64,000 nt of DNA from Candidatus Babeliales bacterium (GTDB taxonomy: Bacteria > Babelota > Babeliae > Babelales > JACPOV01), in contig JBAVOR010000031.1 of the NCBI GenBank assembly GCA_049692255.1, forward strand, positions 21,744 through 85,743. The letters run 5' to 3'. Both the position numbers and the translations under genes were made by a program. Positions 63,217-64,000 of the stretch are shown one piece after another. The stretch's first letter is position 1. Every line of letters begins with the position of its first letter. Below the pieces are notes generated by a model. That model did not search any database and had not been told where the DNA came from. It saw nothing but the letters and a program-made list of their open reading frames with translations.

Positions 63217-64000
63217 TGGGATTATCTTTTTTTGGTGCGATCCGTTCAATAGCATGTCCGCCAAATTTGTGACGCAAAAGAGACACGAGTTGCGTAGCAA
63301 AAGTACCGCCCGTATGCTGCGATTCATGGCGAATGGCCAAAGAACGTTCGATTAAATCAACGGGTATATTGTGCGCATGCGCTTCTTCCACTGTCCATGC
63401 ACCCATGCCACTTTCTGCAACACGACCAGAAATCGTTTCTACACTATCATGCGTTAGCCCATCAGCAAGCAGTTCCAAAATCCAAGAACGAATTACCGAA
63501 CCGTGGCACCACACCTGTGCTACTTTGTCTAAATGCAACTGAGGAAACGAACCTTCATGCAACAGCTGAAACCCTTCTGCATATGCTTGCAACAAAGCGT
63601 ATTCAATGCCGTTGTGCACCATTTTTACGTAATGGCCTGCGCCCGATGCCCCCATGTATGCATAGCCGTGTGGAATAGCTAATACGGCAAACAATGGCTC
63701 TACGTGTTTAAACACATCATGGGAACCACCGATCATTAAGCAGTAACCTATCTCTTTGCCCTTGAGACCACCTGATGTGCCACAATCAAGAAATGCAATG
63801 CCATGTGCAGCGCAATGCGCTGCACGACGAATTGAATCTGAAAATTTACTGTTCCCCCCATCAACCACTATTACATTTTGTTTGCCTGACGCAATAATAA
63901 CGTCGAGCATTGCATCAACCGGTTTACCCGCAGGTACCATCAACCACAACAGATCTGCAAAAGCAACTAATGCTTCAACCGTATCGACCGTTTTTATTGC
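63200..64000 (-). CDS. gnd: 6-phosphogluconate dehydrogenase (decarboxylating)-like protein, 3' part (gene continues past the right edge)
   Basis: VVDGGNS, CGTSGG, and GAGHYVKMVHNGIEYALLQAYAEGF are classic 6PGDH motifs. The frame stays open from 63949 to 64000 (AIKTVDTVEALVAFADL...), so the N-terminal NAD-binding part lies outside the window. Confidence 0.8.
   Translation of the reverse strand, partial: AIKTVDTVEALVAFADLLWLMVPAGKPVDAMLDVIIASGKQNVIVVDGGNSKFSDSIRRAAHCAAHGIAFLDCGTSGGLKGKEIGYCLMIGGSHDVFKHVEPLFAVLAIPHGYAYMGASGAGHYVKMVHNGIEYALLQAYAEGFQLLHEGSFPQLHLDKVAQVWCHGSVIRSWILELLADGLTHDSVETISGRVAESGMGAWTVEEAHAHNIPVDLIERSLAIRHESQHTGGTFATQLVSLLRHKFGGHAIERIAPKKDNPSAHGE

Overview
This 64-kb window comes from a diderm bacterium (BamA, a beta-barrel OMP and PBP3 are present). 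It looks moderately AT-rich by eye and uses the standard genetic code. I count roughly 60 protein-coding genes and 5 tRNA genes (Leu-CAG, Leu-CAA, Ser-GCT, Arg-ACG, Ser-TGA). I saw no rRNA, CRISPR array, transposase, integrase or phage genes. Housekeeping genes are prfB (single frame, no frameshift), bamA, cysS, lysS, an ftsL-like gene plus ftsI, groES-groEL, rpe, tkt, a gnd-like gene, trxA, HIT, a T2SS/T4P platform protein F, YggU, BI-1/YccA, and DMT/LysE/OPT-like transporters. These are interleaved with about 25 lineage-specific ORFs that carry Sec-type signal peptides, many of them coiled-coil or low-complexity. Eukaryote-like proteins are also present: two ankyrin-repeat paralogs ending in an F-box/PRANC-like tail, two paralogous Skp1-like + WD40 fusion proteins, a signal-peptide-bearing macro-domain protein, and a carotenoid-oxygenase homolog. 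This content suggests, as inference only, a host-associated or intracellular lineage such as an amoeba symbiont. Intergenic space is dominated by two families of structured GC-rich repeats. One is a 29-nt extended hairpin; the other is a 51-78 bp GCGCTCA...TGAGCGC palindrome. Both show compensatory stem changes between copies. Two small stand-alone GIY-YIG nuclease genes are embedded in these repeats, and one GIY-YIG cassette is bounded by a perfect 28-bp direct repeat that duplicates the 5' end of the neighbouring gene. Other leads are a secreted EndoU-like nuclease with a downstream small membrane protein, lying inside a segmental duplication that also copied the tkt 3' end, and a gene-converted ankyrin locus. 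All domain calls were made by eye from motifs and by-eye alignments. None has been verified by a database search.
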